The position numbers and the translations under genes are program-made. The notes beneath the pieces were generated by a model. It searched no databases and had not been told where the DNA came from. It was given only the letters and a program-made list of their open reading frames with translations. 64,000 nucleotides of DNA from Tepidisphaera sp. (GTDB lineage: Bacteria; Planctomycetota; Phycisphaerae; Phycisphaerales; UBA1924), in contig CP051526.1 in the NCBI GenBank assembly GCA_050916045.1, positions 1,472,001 to 1,536,000 of the forward strand. The letters run 5' to 3'. Of the stretch, positions 47,884 through 58,800 are shown one piece after another (the stretch's first letter is position 1; each line of letters begins with the position of its first letter).

Positions 47884-48882
47884 GTGGACACGCGCACCAA
47901 GCTCATACTGGGCATCGCCGGCTTGGCCGCCGCCGCCGCTCTGCTCTTTGGCCTGATGAAGTCCGTCGGTGTGAAGTCGTACGGGACGCCCGTCGGCCGC
48001 GTCGTCCGGGCGGGGTCGCACCTCGCGGTCCTCATCGAGACCCGGAACCCCTACCTCCCGTCGCTCCAAGGGGTTCCCGAAAGCCGGATGTCCTACGCCT
48101 ACGACCTCTGGCTGATCCCGGAGACCGGTGGTCCGCAGCGGTCCTTCCGTCTGGCCCGAAGCGTGCGCTCGGGCGACCGCAGGCACAACCACGGGGCCCA
48201 GCGATTCGAGAACGGCGTGCTTTGGTACACGATCCAGGACCTCCAGGGCTTTGACCTCGCGTCGGAAAGCACCGTCACGACCCCCGCACCCGCGTCCATC
48301 GCCAACATTCCGATCTCGCAGCTTTTGCCCCCCTCGGACAACCCGCTCATCCCGTACCGCGCCCAAAGCGTCACCCTCGCGTCCGGCGAACGCCTCTCGC
48401 TCCTGAGCGTCGAAGAAGCCAAGACCGCCCTCGCTCCCGGCGCTCGCTTGCATGACAACCCCGACGCGGCTGGCACCTTCTGGCCCCGCACGTTGCACCG
48501 CATCTCGGCCCAGCCGGGCCCGATCCCGCGACTGGCCGCTTCCGCGCCCGTTTCGACGACGGAGTTCCGTAACGCCGCGTTCATGCGCACAGCGCCCAAC
48601 GGCCCGCCGGTCCGCTTCTCGAATCCCGAGGGGTACCTCATGGTGCATGAAGCGGGCGACCGCGTGCATCCGACGGTTCATCTCTCCCGCATGAACGCCG
48701 ACGGGACGATCGCGTGGACCGCCGACACGCGGATCGGCCGGTTGTCGGACATCCTGCCGCACGACCGGTTGCCCGCGTTTGTCGGCCAGCTTCCCAATCA
48801 ACTGACCGAGCCGACGCTCACGGTGGTCAACCTCGAATCCGGTCAGGCCGTGACCACCTCGCTGAAGGGTCCGCTGAACTGA
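47884..48882 (+). CDS. Membrane-anchored hypothetical protein (possibly PA2928-like)
   Basis: GGAG RBS before GTG; N-terminal TM; beta-rich C-terminus (FRNAAFMR..NPEGYLMVH..LSRMNADGTIAW). Confidence 0.65.
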   Translation: MDTRTKLILGIAGLAAAAALLFGLMKSVGVKSYGTPVGRVVRAGSHLAVLIETRNPYLPSLQGVPESRMSYAYDLWLIPETGGPQRSFRLARSVRSGDRRHNHGAQRFENGVLWYTIQDLQGFDLASESTVTTPAPASIANIPISQLLPPSDNPLIPYRAQSVTLASGERLSLLSVEEAKTALAPGARLHDNPDAAGTFWPRTLHRISAQPGPIPRLAASAPVSTTEFRNAAFMRTAPNGPPVRFSNPEGYLMVHEAGDRVHPTVHLSRMNADGTIAWTADTRIGRLSDILPHDRLPAFVGQLPNQLTEPTLTVVNLESGQAVTTSLKGPLN

Positions 48883-48909
48883 CCTGTCATCCCGCGTCGT
48901 GGAGGTCCC

Positions 48910-49281
48910 ATGTCCTGGCTGAGCACCGTCGCTTCGATCATCCTGACCGCGTTTCCCGACAAAGCCAAGCCCGCCGTTCCCGCGCCCCGGGGCCTTGAGG
49001 GTGCGAGCGTCTCGTACGTGAACGACGGGCGTTCGGGCAAGGTCGTCTTTTCGCGGCGGATGCGTTCCTTTGAGATGTACTTCGAATTCGGAGGCGACGA
49101 CACACTTGCGGTCATCGACGTCCCGTCACCGTCCGAATGGCTGAAAGCGACCGGATACCCGCTGGGGATGCGACGCTCGATTCTCGAATTCATCGGCCAA
49201 TGCGTCGTCCGCGACCAGACCGCCGGCGGCCAAGGCCGGTTCGTCGTGTCCGATCGCGGTATCCGCATCCACAGCCGATGA
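48910..49281 (+). CDS. Hypothetical protein
   Basis: GGAGG RBS; compact ORF in a co-oriented gene run. Confidence 0.7.
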   Translation: MSWLSTVASIILTAFPDKAKPAVPAPRGLEGASVSYVNDGRSGKVVFSRRMRSFEMYFEFGGDDTLAVIDVPSPSEWLKATGYPLGMRRSILEFIGQCVVRDQTAGGQGRFVVSDRGIRIHSR

Positions 49282-49338
49282 CGGCACGCTTCCCGCGCGT
49301 TTCCGGTAGCATGCGAGCCATCTCGAAAGGGCTCATGC

Positions 49339-51681
49339 ATGCTGGGATCTTCGGCGATCGGTGTGTTGCGAAAGACCGGGCGAACGATCCGCGCGTGCGC
49401 GGCCGCGGCCGCCGCTTTGAGCTTGGTCGGCCTCGCTTCGTGCGAGTCGGTGCCGTTGGCTGAACGCGCGCCTCTCGCGATCGACCGGAGCCAGTTGGTT
49501 CTCTGGTCCGACCGGCCGGCGAACGCGTGGATGACCGAAGCGTTCCCGATCGGCAACGGCCCGATGGGCGCCATGTTCTTTGGCGGCACCGAGATCGAGC
49601 GCGTGCAGTTCAATGAGATCAGCTTGTGGTCCGGCGCCCGCGTCGCGGTCGAAGGCCTCGGCGAAGAGGGACAGGACCTCGGCGCGTATCAAGCGTTCGG
49701 CGACATCTTCGTCCACCTCGGCCACGACGCCGCGAAGGTGACCAACTACCGCCGCGAGCTTGACCTCAGCCGCGCGGTCCACACCGTGACCTACGAGCAC
49801 GAGGGTGTTCGGTACGAGCGCACCGCGTTTGCGAGCCATCCCGACCGTGTCATCGTCGTCCACCTGACCGCCAGCAAGCCCGGGGCCTATTCCGGGCGGG
49901 TCCAGCTCACCGACATGCATGATGCCAAGATCACCGCGAAGGGCGAGACGCTGACGGCGACGGGCAAGCTCGCCAACGGGTTCGAGTACGAGTCACAGCT
50001 TGTCGCGCTTCATCAGAGCGGGTCGATCCGTCCGGTCGAAGACGCGGCGGCCGCGACAAACCCGTGGAAGATCAAGGCTCCGCCCGCCGGACTCGCGTTC
50101 GAACGCTGCGACAGCCTCACACTCATCCTCAGCGCCGGCACGAACTACACCGCTGACCACGCGAAACAGTGGCTCGGCGGCCATCCGCACGCGGCGGTCA
50201 CGGGTCGCATCCAAGCCGCTCGCGCCCGAAGCGTTTCGGATCTTCGAAGCCGGCACCTCGCGGACTATCGCGGTCTGTTTGACCGTTTCTCGCTGGATGT
50301 CGGGGCTTCATCGTCGCAGACGCTCGCGATGACGACGGAGGATCGGTTGAAAGCGTACCTCGCGGGCGCGGCCGACCCGTCGCTGGAGTCGCTTTTCTGC
50401 CAGTTCGGCCGGTACCTGCTGATCAGTTGTTCAAGGCCGGGCTCGCTTCCCGCGAATCTTCAGGGCGTTTGGAACGACAGCAACAGCCCGCCGTGGGCCG
50501 GCGATTACCACTCGAACATCAACGTGCAGATGAACTACTGGCCGGCTGAGCCCGCCAACCTCGCCGACTGCCACCGGCCGTTCATCGACTACGTCACCAG
50601 CATCCGCGAGGTCAGCGCCCGCAACACGCGGCAGAAGTACGGAAAGGTCCGCGGATGGACGGTTCAGACGATGAACAACGCGTGCGGCGTCTCGTTCTGG
50701 AAATGGAACCCTCCGGGCAGCGCGTGGTACGCCCAGCACCTCTGGGAGCACTTCGCGTTCGGCCGCGACACCGACTACCTCCGCCGCATCGCGTACCCGG
50801 TGATGAAAGAGGTCTGCGAGTTCTGGGAGGACCACCTCAAGCGTCGTCCCGACGGCACGCTTGTCACGCCTGACGGGTGGTCGCCCGAGCACGGACCGCA
50901 GGAGGAGGGCGTCACCTACGACCAAATGATCGTGCACGATCTCTTCACCAACACGATCGAAGCCGCCGACATCCTCAGCGAGGACAGGGCTTTCCGCGAC
51001 CGCATCGCGGATCTTCGGGACAAGCTCCTCAAGCCCAAGATCGGCCGCTGGGGCCAGCTTCAGGAGTGGGAGACCGACCGCGACGACCCGAACGACAAAC
51101 ATCGCCACGTCTCGCACCTCTTCGGGCTCCACCCCGGACGGCAGATCACCCGCGCGACGACCCCCGACCTCGCCCAAGCCGCCCGCGTCTCCCTGACGGC
51201 TCGCGGCGACGCGTCCACCGGCTGGAGCAAAGCTTGGAAGATCAACTTCTGGGCCCGCTTGGGCGATGGCGAACGCGCCCACAGCTTGCTCCGGAGTCTG
51301 CTCAACATCGTTGATGAGACACGCACGATCTATGGCGAAAGCGGCGGGGGGGTCTACGACAACCTCTTCGTCTCCCACCCGCCGTTCCAGATCGACGGCA
51401 ACTTCGGAGCCACCGCCGGTGTCTGCGAGATGCTGGTCCAAAGCCACGCCGGCGAGATTCAGCTCCTCCCCGCCCTTCCGAAAGCCTGGCCGACCGGCTC
51501 CGTCCGAGGGCTTCGTGCCCGCGGTGGGTTTGAGGTGGATATGGATTGGAAAGACGGTCTTCTGACCAGAGCCGTCATTCGGTCGATTTCCGGAAGGGAG
51601 TGCCGGGTCGTCTGGGGGGACCGGGTCTGGCGGGTGGTGACCACTCCCGGCGGCACCTTTCCGCTCACGATCGCGCCCTAA
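49339..51681 (+). CDS. GH95 alpha-L-fucosidase
   Basis: [73 protein letters not shown]. Confidence 0.95.
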   Translation: MLGSSAIGVLRKTGRTIRACAAAAAALSLVGLASCESVPLAERAPLAIDRSQLVLWSDRPANAWMTEAFPIGNGPMGAMFFGGTEIERVQFNEISLWSGARVAVEGLGEEGQDLGAYQAFGDIFVHLGHDAAKVTNYRRELDLSRAVHTVTYEHEGVRYERTAFASHPDRVIVVHLTASKPGAYSGRVQLTDMHDAKITAKGETLTATGKLANGFEYESQLVALHQSGSIRPVEDAAAATNPWKIKAPPAGLAFERCDSLTLILSAGTNYTADHAKQWLGGHPHAAVTGRIQAARARSVSDLRSRHLADYRGLFDRFSLDVGASSSQTLAMTTEDRLKAYLAGAADPSLESLFCQFGRYLLISCSRPGSLPANLQGVWNDSNSPPWAGDYHSNINVQMNYWPAEPANLADCHRPFIDYVTSIREVSARNTRQKYGKVRGWTVQTMNNACGVSFWKWNPPGSAWYAQHLWEHFAFGRDTDYLRRIAYPVMKEVCEFWEDHLKRRPDGTLVTPDGWSPEHGPQEEGVTYDQMIVHDLFTNTIEAADILSEDRAFRDRIADLRDKLLKPKIGRWGQLQEWETDRDDPNDKHRHVSHLFGLHPGRQITRATTPDLAQAARVSLTARGDASTGWSKAWKINFWARLGDGERAHSLLRSLLNIVDETRTIYGESGGGVYDNLFVSHPPFQIDGNFGATAGVCEMLVQSHAGEIQLLPALPKAWPTGSVRGLRARGGFEVDMDWKDGLLTRAVIRSISGRECRVVWGDRVWRVVTTPGGTFPLTIAP

Positions 51682-51727
51682 AGTTTGCGGTGACCCGGTC
51701 TGGGAGTCGAACCAAGGAGCACCTGAC

Positions 51728-52369
51728 ATGCTCGCCACCTCCACTCGCCCGCACTCGGAACTCGAGCTCGACCTGTACAGCGACATCATGGACGGCCGCG
51801 TCTCGCTGACGCTGAGCATCGTGATCGCCATCCTTCTCGGTGCGCTACTCGCCGCCGCCGCGTTCGGTGTCCACTGGATCTACGCGTGGATGACCTCCGG
51901 GACGGCCTCGTGGATGATCCCGCTGATCATCGGCGGTGTCGTCTCCGTGCTGGGCTTCTTCGCCATGCGGAGCGGCGGAGCCGACGACTGGACCAACAAC
52001 CCGCCCAAGCTCACGACGGACATCATCGCCACCGCCGACGCGGCTTGGCTGGTGGATGACGATTCGCCGCAGTACCGGTTCGTCCTTCGCGTCGAGCCCC
52101 AGCGGTTCATCGTCGTGAATCAGAGCGTCGACGACGCAGGCCTCGAAGGCTTCGGCGTGAGTTCGGAGAAGATCGGGTCCGAGCTCAAGCTCGTCATGCT
52201 CGGCGAGGGTCGGTTCCGTCGCGTGATCGACTCCGCCGTCTCCGGCCCGCCGCTTGATCTCAAGAACGTCGAGATCCCGGCTCCGGAGGATGAAGCCCCG
52301 TTGCCCGACGGGATCTACGACCTGGCGCAGCTGCCCGAACCGATCCGCGCGATCGTGACCGCGGCCTGA
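51728..52369 (+). CDS. Hypothetical membrane protein
   Basis: AAGGAG RBS; two TM helices followed by a soluble domain. Confidence 0.7.
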   Translation: MLATSTRPHSELELDLYSDIMDGRVSLTLSIVIAILLGALLAAAAFGVHWIYAWMTSGTASWMIPLIIGGVVSVLGFFAMRSGGADDWTNNPPKLTTDIIATADAAWLVDDDSPQYRFVLRVEPQRFIVVNQSVDDAGLEGFGVSSEKIGSELKLVMLGEGRFRRVIDSAVSGPPLDLKNVEIPAPEDEAPLPDGIYDLAQLPEPIRAIVTAA

Positions 52370-52478
52370 GCCGCTCCAACGTCCACCCCAAGCGAGCTTT
52401 CGTCGCGATCCAAGCGGCGACGGCTCTCGGTACACTGCGCCCAGCCGCCCCGGGGCGTGCTGCGAAAGCGAGCGATCC

Positions 52479-55067
52479 ATGCACCGATCCCGACCCGTCC
52501 TTCACCTCATCCCGCTGCTGGCTTTGCTGCTGGCGATCACACTCGCCGCCGCGGCCAGGGCTCGCGGGGATGAGCCCAAGCCGCTCAAGGTCTTCATTCT
52601 CGCTGGCCAGTCCAACATGGAAGGCCAGGCCGTCCTCGACCTTGCGGGCAAGGACTACAACGACGGCAAGGGCACCCTCGCCACGCTCATGAAAGCTCCC
52701 GGCGGCGAACGCTTCAAGCATCTCAAGGAAGCGTCGGGAAAGTGGACGACCCGCGATGACGTCATGGTCCGCTATCAGCGGGAGGGCGAACCGCTCCTCG
52801 CCGGGCCGCTCGGCGTCGGGTTCACGCGGTACGGCGGGGACCACCATTTCGGCCCCGAGCTTCAGTTCGGCCACATTCTCGGCGACGCCCTCGAGAACGA
52901 GGTCCTCCTCATCAAGACCGCTTGGGGCGGAAAGAGCTTGTACGTCGACTTCCGTCCCCCTTCCTCCGGCGGCACCATCGGGCCGTACTACACGCTCATG
53001 ATCCAGCAGGTACGCGAAGCTCTCGCGAATCTCAGGAAGGATTTCCCCGGCCTCAAAACCGACAGATACGAGCTCGCGGGCTTCGTCTGGTACCACGGCT
53101 GGAACGACGGCTGCGACCCCGAGAAAGCCGTCCCGCAGTACGAAACCAACCTCGTCAACCTCATCAACGACGTCCGAAAGGAGTTCGAAGCTCCAACCCT
53201 CCCCGTCGTCGTCGGCGAGATCACAGGACCATGGGTCGACGCGCCCAAAGAGTGGAACCAGCTCCGCAAAGCCCAAGCCGCCGCTGCCAAACGCCCCGAG
53301 TTCGCCGGCAATGTCGCCTTCTCTCCCACACGCGATTTCGTCCGCAAAGCCGAGGACTCGCCCAACCCCGGCCACGGACACCACGAGTTCGGAAACGCCG
53401 AAACCTACTTCCTCGTCGGCGATGCACTCGGCAAGGGCATGCGCGATCTGCTCGGGCAATCCAAAGCCAAGCCCGCCGCGCATCCCATCCCGTCCCGCCC
53501 GCGAGCCGCCCTCAAGGATGGTGAGATGGCCGGGTACCTTCTCGTCTCCACCGAGCGCGTGCCGGACCAGTTCAACGCCGGCTTCTCGCTTTACGCCGCC
53601 GCGTGGCCGATCCTCAAACACTACCCGGGGCAACGTTTCCAAACCGGCCTCTTCGGGACTTGGATGCACCCGCAGTACGAGGGCAAGCCGCCCGAAGAGC
53701 TCTACACCGACATCGAGGGCGGCCTGGGCTGGTGGCGCGACACGCGCTTCGCCACCGAGACGCCCAAGTTCATCATGGGCGGCGTCGCGGTCAACTTCTC
53801 CGCATGGGCCAACGGCCCCGGCGCGGGCAAGGGTCGCGACTGGGACAACCCGTTGGGCAAGTACGCCGTTGCGCAACTCAGCCCTTGGATCGTCTGGCCG
53901 CCGGACGGCCTGAACCTCGCACAGGGCACGTGCGGGGAGCTCTTTGGCTACGGGTACCTTCCGCTGCCGTTCGCCGAAGCCAAGACCACGACCGCTGGAA
54001 AGCCGATCCCCACCGGCGACCAGTGCTGGACGCTTTTCCTGAACACCAAGACGTTCAAGGGTCCCGTGTGCTTCTTCACGCCTTACTTCTGGACCGAGCC
54101 TGCGGTCGCCGATCCCAAGTACGCCGGCTTGCTGCTCGACTCGCGACCCTCCGATCCAAACAAAGCGTTTCAGATGGAGACGCAGTACGTCCCCGCCAAA
54201 CTCGCCGAGGACGCCAAGGGCCGAGCTTTCGCCCGCGTCGCGCCGATGGCTTTCCCCGTCGGCGATGACGGCCGCACCGTCGTGCTCCACCGTCTCACGA
54301 GTTACAGCAAAGCCGCGCTCTGGGACGGCGTGAAAGCTTGGTTCGACGGCGGCGAGCCTGCCACCGGCGCGATCAATCCCGCCGCCCAGCACGTCCAGCA
54401 CTTCCGCCCCGAGGGCGGCTCGACGTGGCAGATCTACGCCGACGGCACCGACAACGAGAACAAGCAGGGCATGGCTTGGAAGTCTCTCGCGACGCCCATC
54501 GCCCCAGACCCCACGACCTACGGCTACCAGTGGGACCAGCAGGCGATGACGCAGGGCGCGACCCCGGGCGGAAAGGTCGTCTGGTTCCCCGAGTTCTACA
54601 AGCTCGACCGCGAAGGAAAGAAGCCGCGCTGGATCGCCGCCAAGCCCGACGAGGTCCCCGCCGAGACCGGCCTCAAGGACATCCGCTTTGAGCGGCCCGT
54701 CGAAGACGCCCAGCCGCCGTACGAAACGCCCGATGCTCCGCAAAGCTCATGGAAAGCCCCCGGCCCGGCCGCCGGCCCCTTCCAAGCGTTCCCCGGCGAC
54801 GGCAGCGTCGTCACCTACTACTGGTACCGCTTCGCCGACCAGCCCGCGCTCCTCAACGCCGACCTCACCAAGGAAGAACGCGAAGCCCTTCAACTCAAGG
54901 TCGAGAAACTCCACCGCTCGTGGACCAAGGACCGCGAGTACCTCCCCCCGCCGACGATCGGCAAGCTCGCCGAACTCGACCCGGCCCTGATCGTGACCCC
55001 GCCCAAGGGTCTCGAAATCGGCTACGTGCCCATCGCCACCCGCCAGGAACTCGCGAAGAAGCGGTAA
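52479..55067 (+). CDS. Secreted SASA/CE6-like sialate O-acetylesterase fused to an uncharacterised domain of about 510 aa
   Basis: Signal peptide; VFILAGQSNMEG, FGPELQFG, IKTAWGGKSL, WYHGWND; C-terminal part homologous to 5846..7510. Confidence 0.88.
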   Translation: MHRSRPVLHLIPLLALLLAITLAAAARARGDEPKPLKVFILAGQSNMEGQAVLDLAGKDYNDGKGTLATLMKAPGGERFKHLKEASGKWTTRDDVMVRYQREGEPLLAGPLGVGFTRYGGDHHFGPELQFGHILGDALENEVLLIKTAWGGKSLYVDFRPPSSGGTIGPYYTLMIQQVREALANLRKDFPGLKTDRYELAGFVWYHGWNDGCDPEKAVPQYETNLVNLINDVRKEFEAPTLPVVVGEITGPWVDAPKEWNQLRKAQAAAAKRPEFAGNVAFSPTRDFVRKAEDSPNPGHGHHEFGNAETYFLVGDALGKGMRDLLGQSKAKPAAHPIPSRPRAALKDGEMAGYLLVSTERVPDQFNAGFSLYAAAWPILKHYPGQRFQTGLFGTWMHPQYEGKPPEELYTDIEGGLGWWRDTRFATETPKFIMGGVAVNFSAWANGPGAGKGRDWDNPLGKYAVAQLSPWIVWPPDGLNLAQGTCGELFGYGYLPLPFAEAKTTTAGKPIPTGDQCWTLFLNTKTFKGPVCFFTPYFWTEPAVADPKYAGLLLDSRPSDPNKAFQMETQYVPAKLAEDAKGRAFARVAPMAFPVGDDGRTVVLHRLTSYSKAALWDGVKAWFDGGEPATGAINPAAQHVQHFRPEGGSTWQIYADGTDNENKQGMAWKSLATPIAPDPTTYGYQWDQQAMTQGATPGGKVVWFPEFYKLDREGKKPRWIAAKPDEVPAETGLKDIRFERPVEDAQPPYETPDAPQSSWKAPGPAAGPFQAFPGDGSVVTYYWYRFADQPALLNADLTKEEREALQLKVEKLHRSWTKDREYLPPPTIGKLAELDPALIVTPPKGLEIGYVPIATRQELAKKR

Positions 55068-55092
55068 CGTGCGACCGGCCCGCGTCACCAAC

Positions 55093-55133
55093 GAAAGAGC
55101 CCTTCGACGATCGAGTCGAAGGGCTTTCTTTTT
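55093..55133 (+). terminator. Intrinsic terminator
   Basis: AGCCCTTCGAC-GATCGA-GTCGAAGGGCT followed by TTCTTTTT. Confidence 0.85.
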
Positions 55134-55330
55134 GGAGTCGGGGTGGCGGTTCACGAATGTCACTGTTCTTGGTGGGCGTTAGGGTGCGGGCGCCGGGAAC
55201 TCCGCCGGTGTGCAATAGCTGACCGCGTGCGTCGTTCATCGCACTGAATCGTCCGATGGCCGCTGGTCAGCTCTTGAACCGAAGGCGAATCGGCTTCGGA
55301 CAGGCTGTGCTCACAGAAGGAACTCTCCAA

Positions 55331-55855
55331 GTGATCGACGACGCACCAGTGATGACCATCCAAGCTCCAGAAGCGAGGACGGGCCGCCGCGTCGGGATCG
55401 CACTGAAGGACGGTGCATATCGAGTCATCGCCACCGAGTCAATCGACACCGGCGCGGTGATTCTGGAGGTCCACGGGGTCTTTGTTGACCGCCCATCGAA
55501 GTACTCGGTCCAGATTGAAGAGAACCTTCACGTCGAACTTCCGGGTGTCGAGGGCTTGACTCACGAGCCGGATAGGCACCCGTGGCGGTACCTGAATCAC
55601 TCCTGCAAGCCCAATGCGGCCCTCGTGGGACTCAAGGTTGTCGCCCTCAGGCCGATACGCCAGTGGGACGAGGTCACCTTCGACTACAACACCACCGAGT
55701 TTGAGATGTCGGAGCCATTCGCGTGCCAATGCGGGCACTGCGGCTCATCCATGATCCGGGGCTTCAAGTATCTTCGGGCCGAAGAGCAGAACAGGCTCTA
55801 CCCTCGGCTTGCCGGCCACTTGCGTCGCAAGCTGCCTGCGCCTGGGACGCCGTGA
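55331..55855 (+). CDS. SET-domain methyltransferase with post-SET Cys motif
   Basis: YLNHSCKPNA, ALRPIRQWDEVTFDY, FACQCGHC; AAGGA RBS before GTG 55331 (alternative starts 55256 and 55352). Confidence 0.92.
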   Translation: MIDDAPVMTIQAPEARTGRRVGIALKDGAYRVIATESIDTGAVILEVHGVFVDRPSKYSVQIEENLHVELPGVEGLTHEPDRHPWRYLNHSCKPNAALVGLKVVALRPIRQWDEVTFDYNTTEFEMSEPFACQCGHCGSSMIRGFKYLRAEEQNRLYPRLAGHLRRKLPAPGTP

Positions 55856-55858
55856 CCA

Positions 55859-58800
55859 ATGTCCGAAGCACGCACGCCGCACTTGCTGCACTTCTTCTTC
55901 GACAAGACGGCTCGAGAGCACCCAGCTCAGATCGCGGTTGATGTGCCTCCAGGGCCGGGCAGGCCCGAGCGGGTCTTGTTGACCTATGCGGACATGCTCG
56001 CCCGGGCCGACGCTCTGGCCGCCGTGCTGACGTCGTTTGCCTGGCCCGACTCGGTGGTCGGCATCCTGCTCCCTCGCAACTCGCCATGGCTTTACATCGC
56101 TCAGTTGGCGGTGCTCAAAGCCGGCGGCGCGTTCACATGCCTCGACCCGGCCTTCCCGGATTCGCATGTCGAAGCCGTCCTGAAGGATGGCGATGTGTCG
56201 GTCCTCCTAACCGACCGCGGCGGGATTGGACGAATCAATGCCGCTGGAGTGCGCGTTCACAATCTCATTGATGTGACCGCCCCGCGCGCCGCTCGCGTGG
56301 AACCGGCGTCTCCGCGAGCTCTGGCTCCACCCAAGCCTGAAAATCTCGCGTATGTCATCTATACCTCCGGTACGACGGGTGCGCCCAAAGGGGTGATGAT
56401 CGAGCATCGATCGATCGTCAATCTGGTCGTGTCGGATATCGAGGAGTTCGGACTGACTCCCGGTGACCGAGTCGGTCAGGGTTCTTCTGCCGCGTACGAC
56501 TCCTCGATCGAAGAGACCTGGCTTGCATTTGCAGTCGGCGCGACCCTCGTCGTCATGGACGATCACACAAGCCGGATGGGTCCGGACCTGATCTCTTGGC
56601 TGCGGCGAGAGCGCATCAGCGTCTTCTGCCCGCCCCCGACACTGCTTCGTACGACCGGGTGTGACGACCCTGAGAGCGCCCTGCCCGACCTCAAGCTGCT
56701 GTATGTCGGCGGTGAAGCTCTCACGGAGGATCTGGCGGAACGGTGGGGGCGTGGACGACGTCTTGTCAACGGATACGGACCGACAGAGTGCACCGTCACG
56801 GTCGTGCGCGGGGACGTCGTGTCAGGCCGACCGGTGACAATCGGACGGCCCGTCGCGGGTCACTCGGCGTGGGTGCTTGATTCGCAACTGAACCCTGTCG
56901 CCGATGGCGAGGACGGCGAGCTTTGTCTTTCGGGTGTTGGCCTTGCGAGGGGATATCGCAACCGTGAGGAAGTCACTCGGGAGAAGTTCCCGGTTCACCC
57001 CAGCCTCGGACGCTTGTACCGCACCGGAGACCTCGTCCGGCGGGAGCCCGACGGCGAACTGGTGTATCTCGGCCGTATCGATGCGCAGGTCAAGCTCCGA
57101 GGGTACAGGGTCGAGCTGGAAGCAATCGAAGCCTGTCTGGCCCAGTGTCCCGGAGTACGGGAAGCGGCGTGCCGAGTGCAGGGCGATGGAAGCAGCGCGG
57201 TGCTCGTCGCTCACATCGTCGCGACCGACGCGGACGCACCCTTCGACTCTGCAACGATCAAAGAGACGCTTCGAGGAAAGCTGCCGCCCTACATGGTGCC
57301 GGCTCGCTTCGGGTTGCTCGAATCCCTGCCCCGGAGCATCGGGGGCAAGATTGACCGCAAGCGGCTCCCGGAACTCGAGCCCGACCTGCAGGACCTGACG
57401 CGCGAAGTCGTCACGCCGTCAAACGAGCTTGAAGCGACCATCGTCGGTGCGTTCGCATCCGCTCTCCGCATCAGCACACCCATCTCCGTGCAGGACGACT
57501 TCTTTCTCGCCCTCGGAGGCGACTCGCTCTCGGCTGTCGAGGTCATCTGCACGTTGCGGAAGAACGCACAGACGGCTTCGGTCACGACTCGCGATCTCTA
57601 CGAGACCCGAACCGCAGCCGCTCTCGCGGGGATCCTCGGTGCAAAGCGGATCAAGCGGCCGCTGCTGCAACCGCAGCGTCAAGCCGTGGACGCCGGTCCC
57701 GCACGCCACGTCCTGACAACCGCAGCACAGGGGCTGTGGATTCTCCTGCAGCTCATCGCGGTCGGTGCGGTGGGGTACGCGGCCGTCTTTGATCTGCTCC
57801 CGCTGCTGCTCGAGCGATTCGGACTGCTCGGCACGATCCTGATCGAGATCCCCCTCGTGCTCGCCTCGATGGTCGCTTACGCAGCCTCGGCCATCTTTGT
57901 GACCGTTGTTCTGAAGCTGGCTTTGATCGGCGAGTACCGTCTGATCAGAACGCCCGTCTGGAGCAGTTACTACCTGCGGCACTGGATCGTTCAAAGTGCC
58001 GCCCGCACCATCCCCTGGGACTGGCTCGCCGGTACGACCGCATCTGGAGCGGTCCTTCGGCTGCTAGGTGCAAAGGTCGGCCGCCGCGTGCATGTTCACA
58101 GAGGCGTCAACCTCCAGCAGGGCGGTTGGGATCTTCTCACGCTCGGTGACGACGTCACGCTCGGCCACGATGCTCATGTGGGGCTGGTCTCACTCGAAAG
58201 CGGATGCCTCTGTATCGGCCCCGTACACATCCATGACCGTGCCACGCTGGACACTCGAGCGAGCGTGAGCGGTCACACCACGATCGAGACCGGTGGCTAT
58301 CTGACCGCACTCTCCTGGCTTCCTGAGGGTGAACGCATCCCGGCCGGTGAGCGTTGGGACGGAGTGCCAGCCGCACCTGACGGCCACGCACCAACCGCGC
58401 CGAAGAGCGATGCGGGCGGACGGATTCACCCGCACCTGTACACGCTGCTCCATCTGCTGATAACCGGCTTGGTGCGGTCAGCGACGCCAATACCGTTCCT
58501 CGTTGCGCTTTACGCCCTCTCGCAAGTGTTGGGTGTCTCTGCGGAACAGGTGCAGTCCTGGCTTTCCGACCCTTCGTGGTCCGCAGAGTCGACGGTGGTC
58601 CTGGCCGCGGTGTCAGTCCTCTCGGTGCCGATCGGGTTGGTGATCAGAGCGATTGGCATCCGGTGCCTGGGCCGTGTCCGGCCATCCATCATTCACCGCT
58701 GGAGCCTCGCGTACCTTCGCGTGTGGCACAAGACCGCTGTCGTCGAGTCCGCCGGCATGTGGTTGACGGGCACGCTGTTCTGGCCGCAGTGGTTGCGCCT

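Noticed and set aside
52260..54743. 827-aa minus-strand ORF
   Set aside because: Shadow of the SASA fusion gene.
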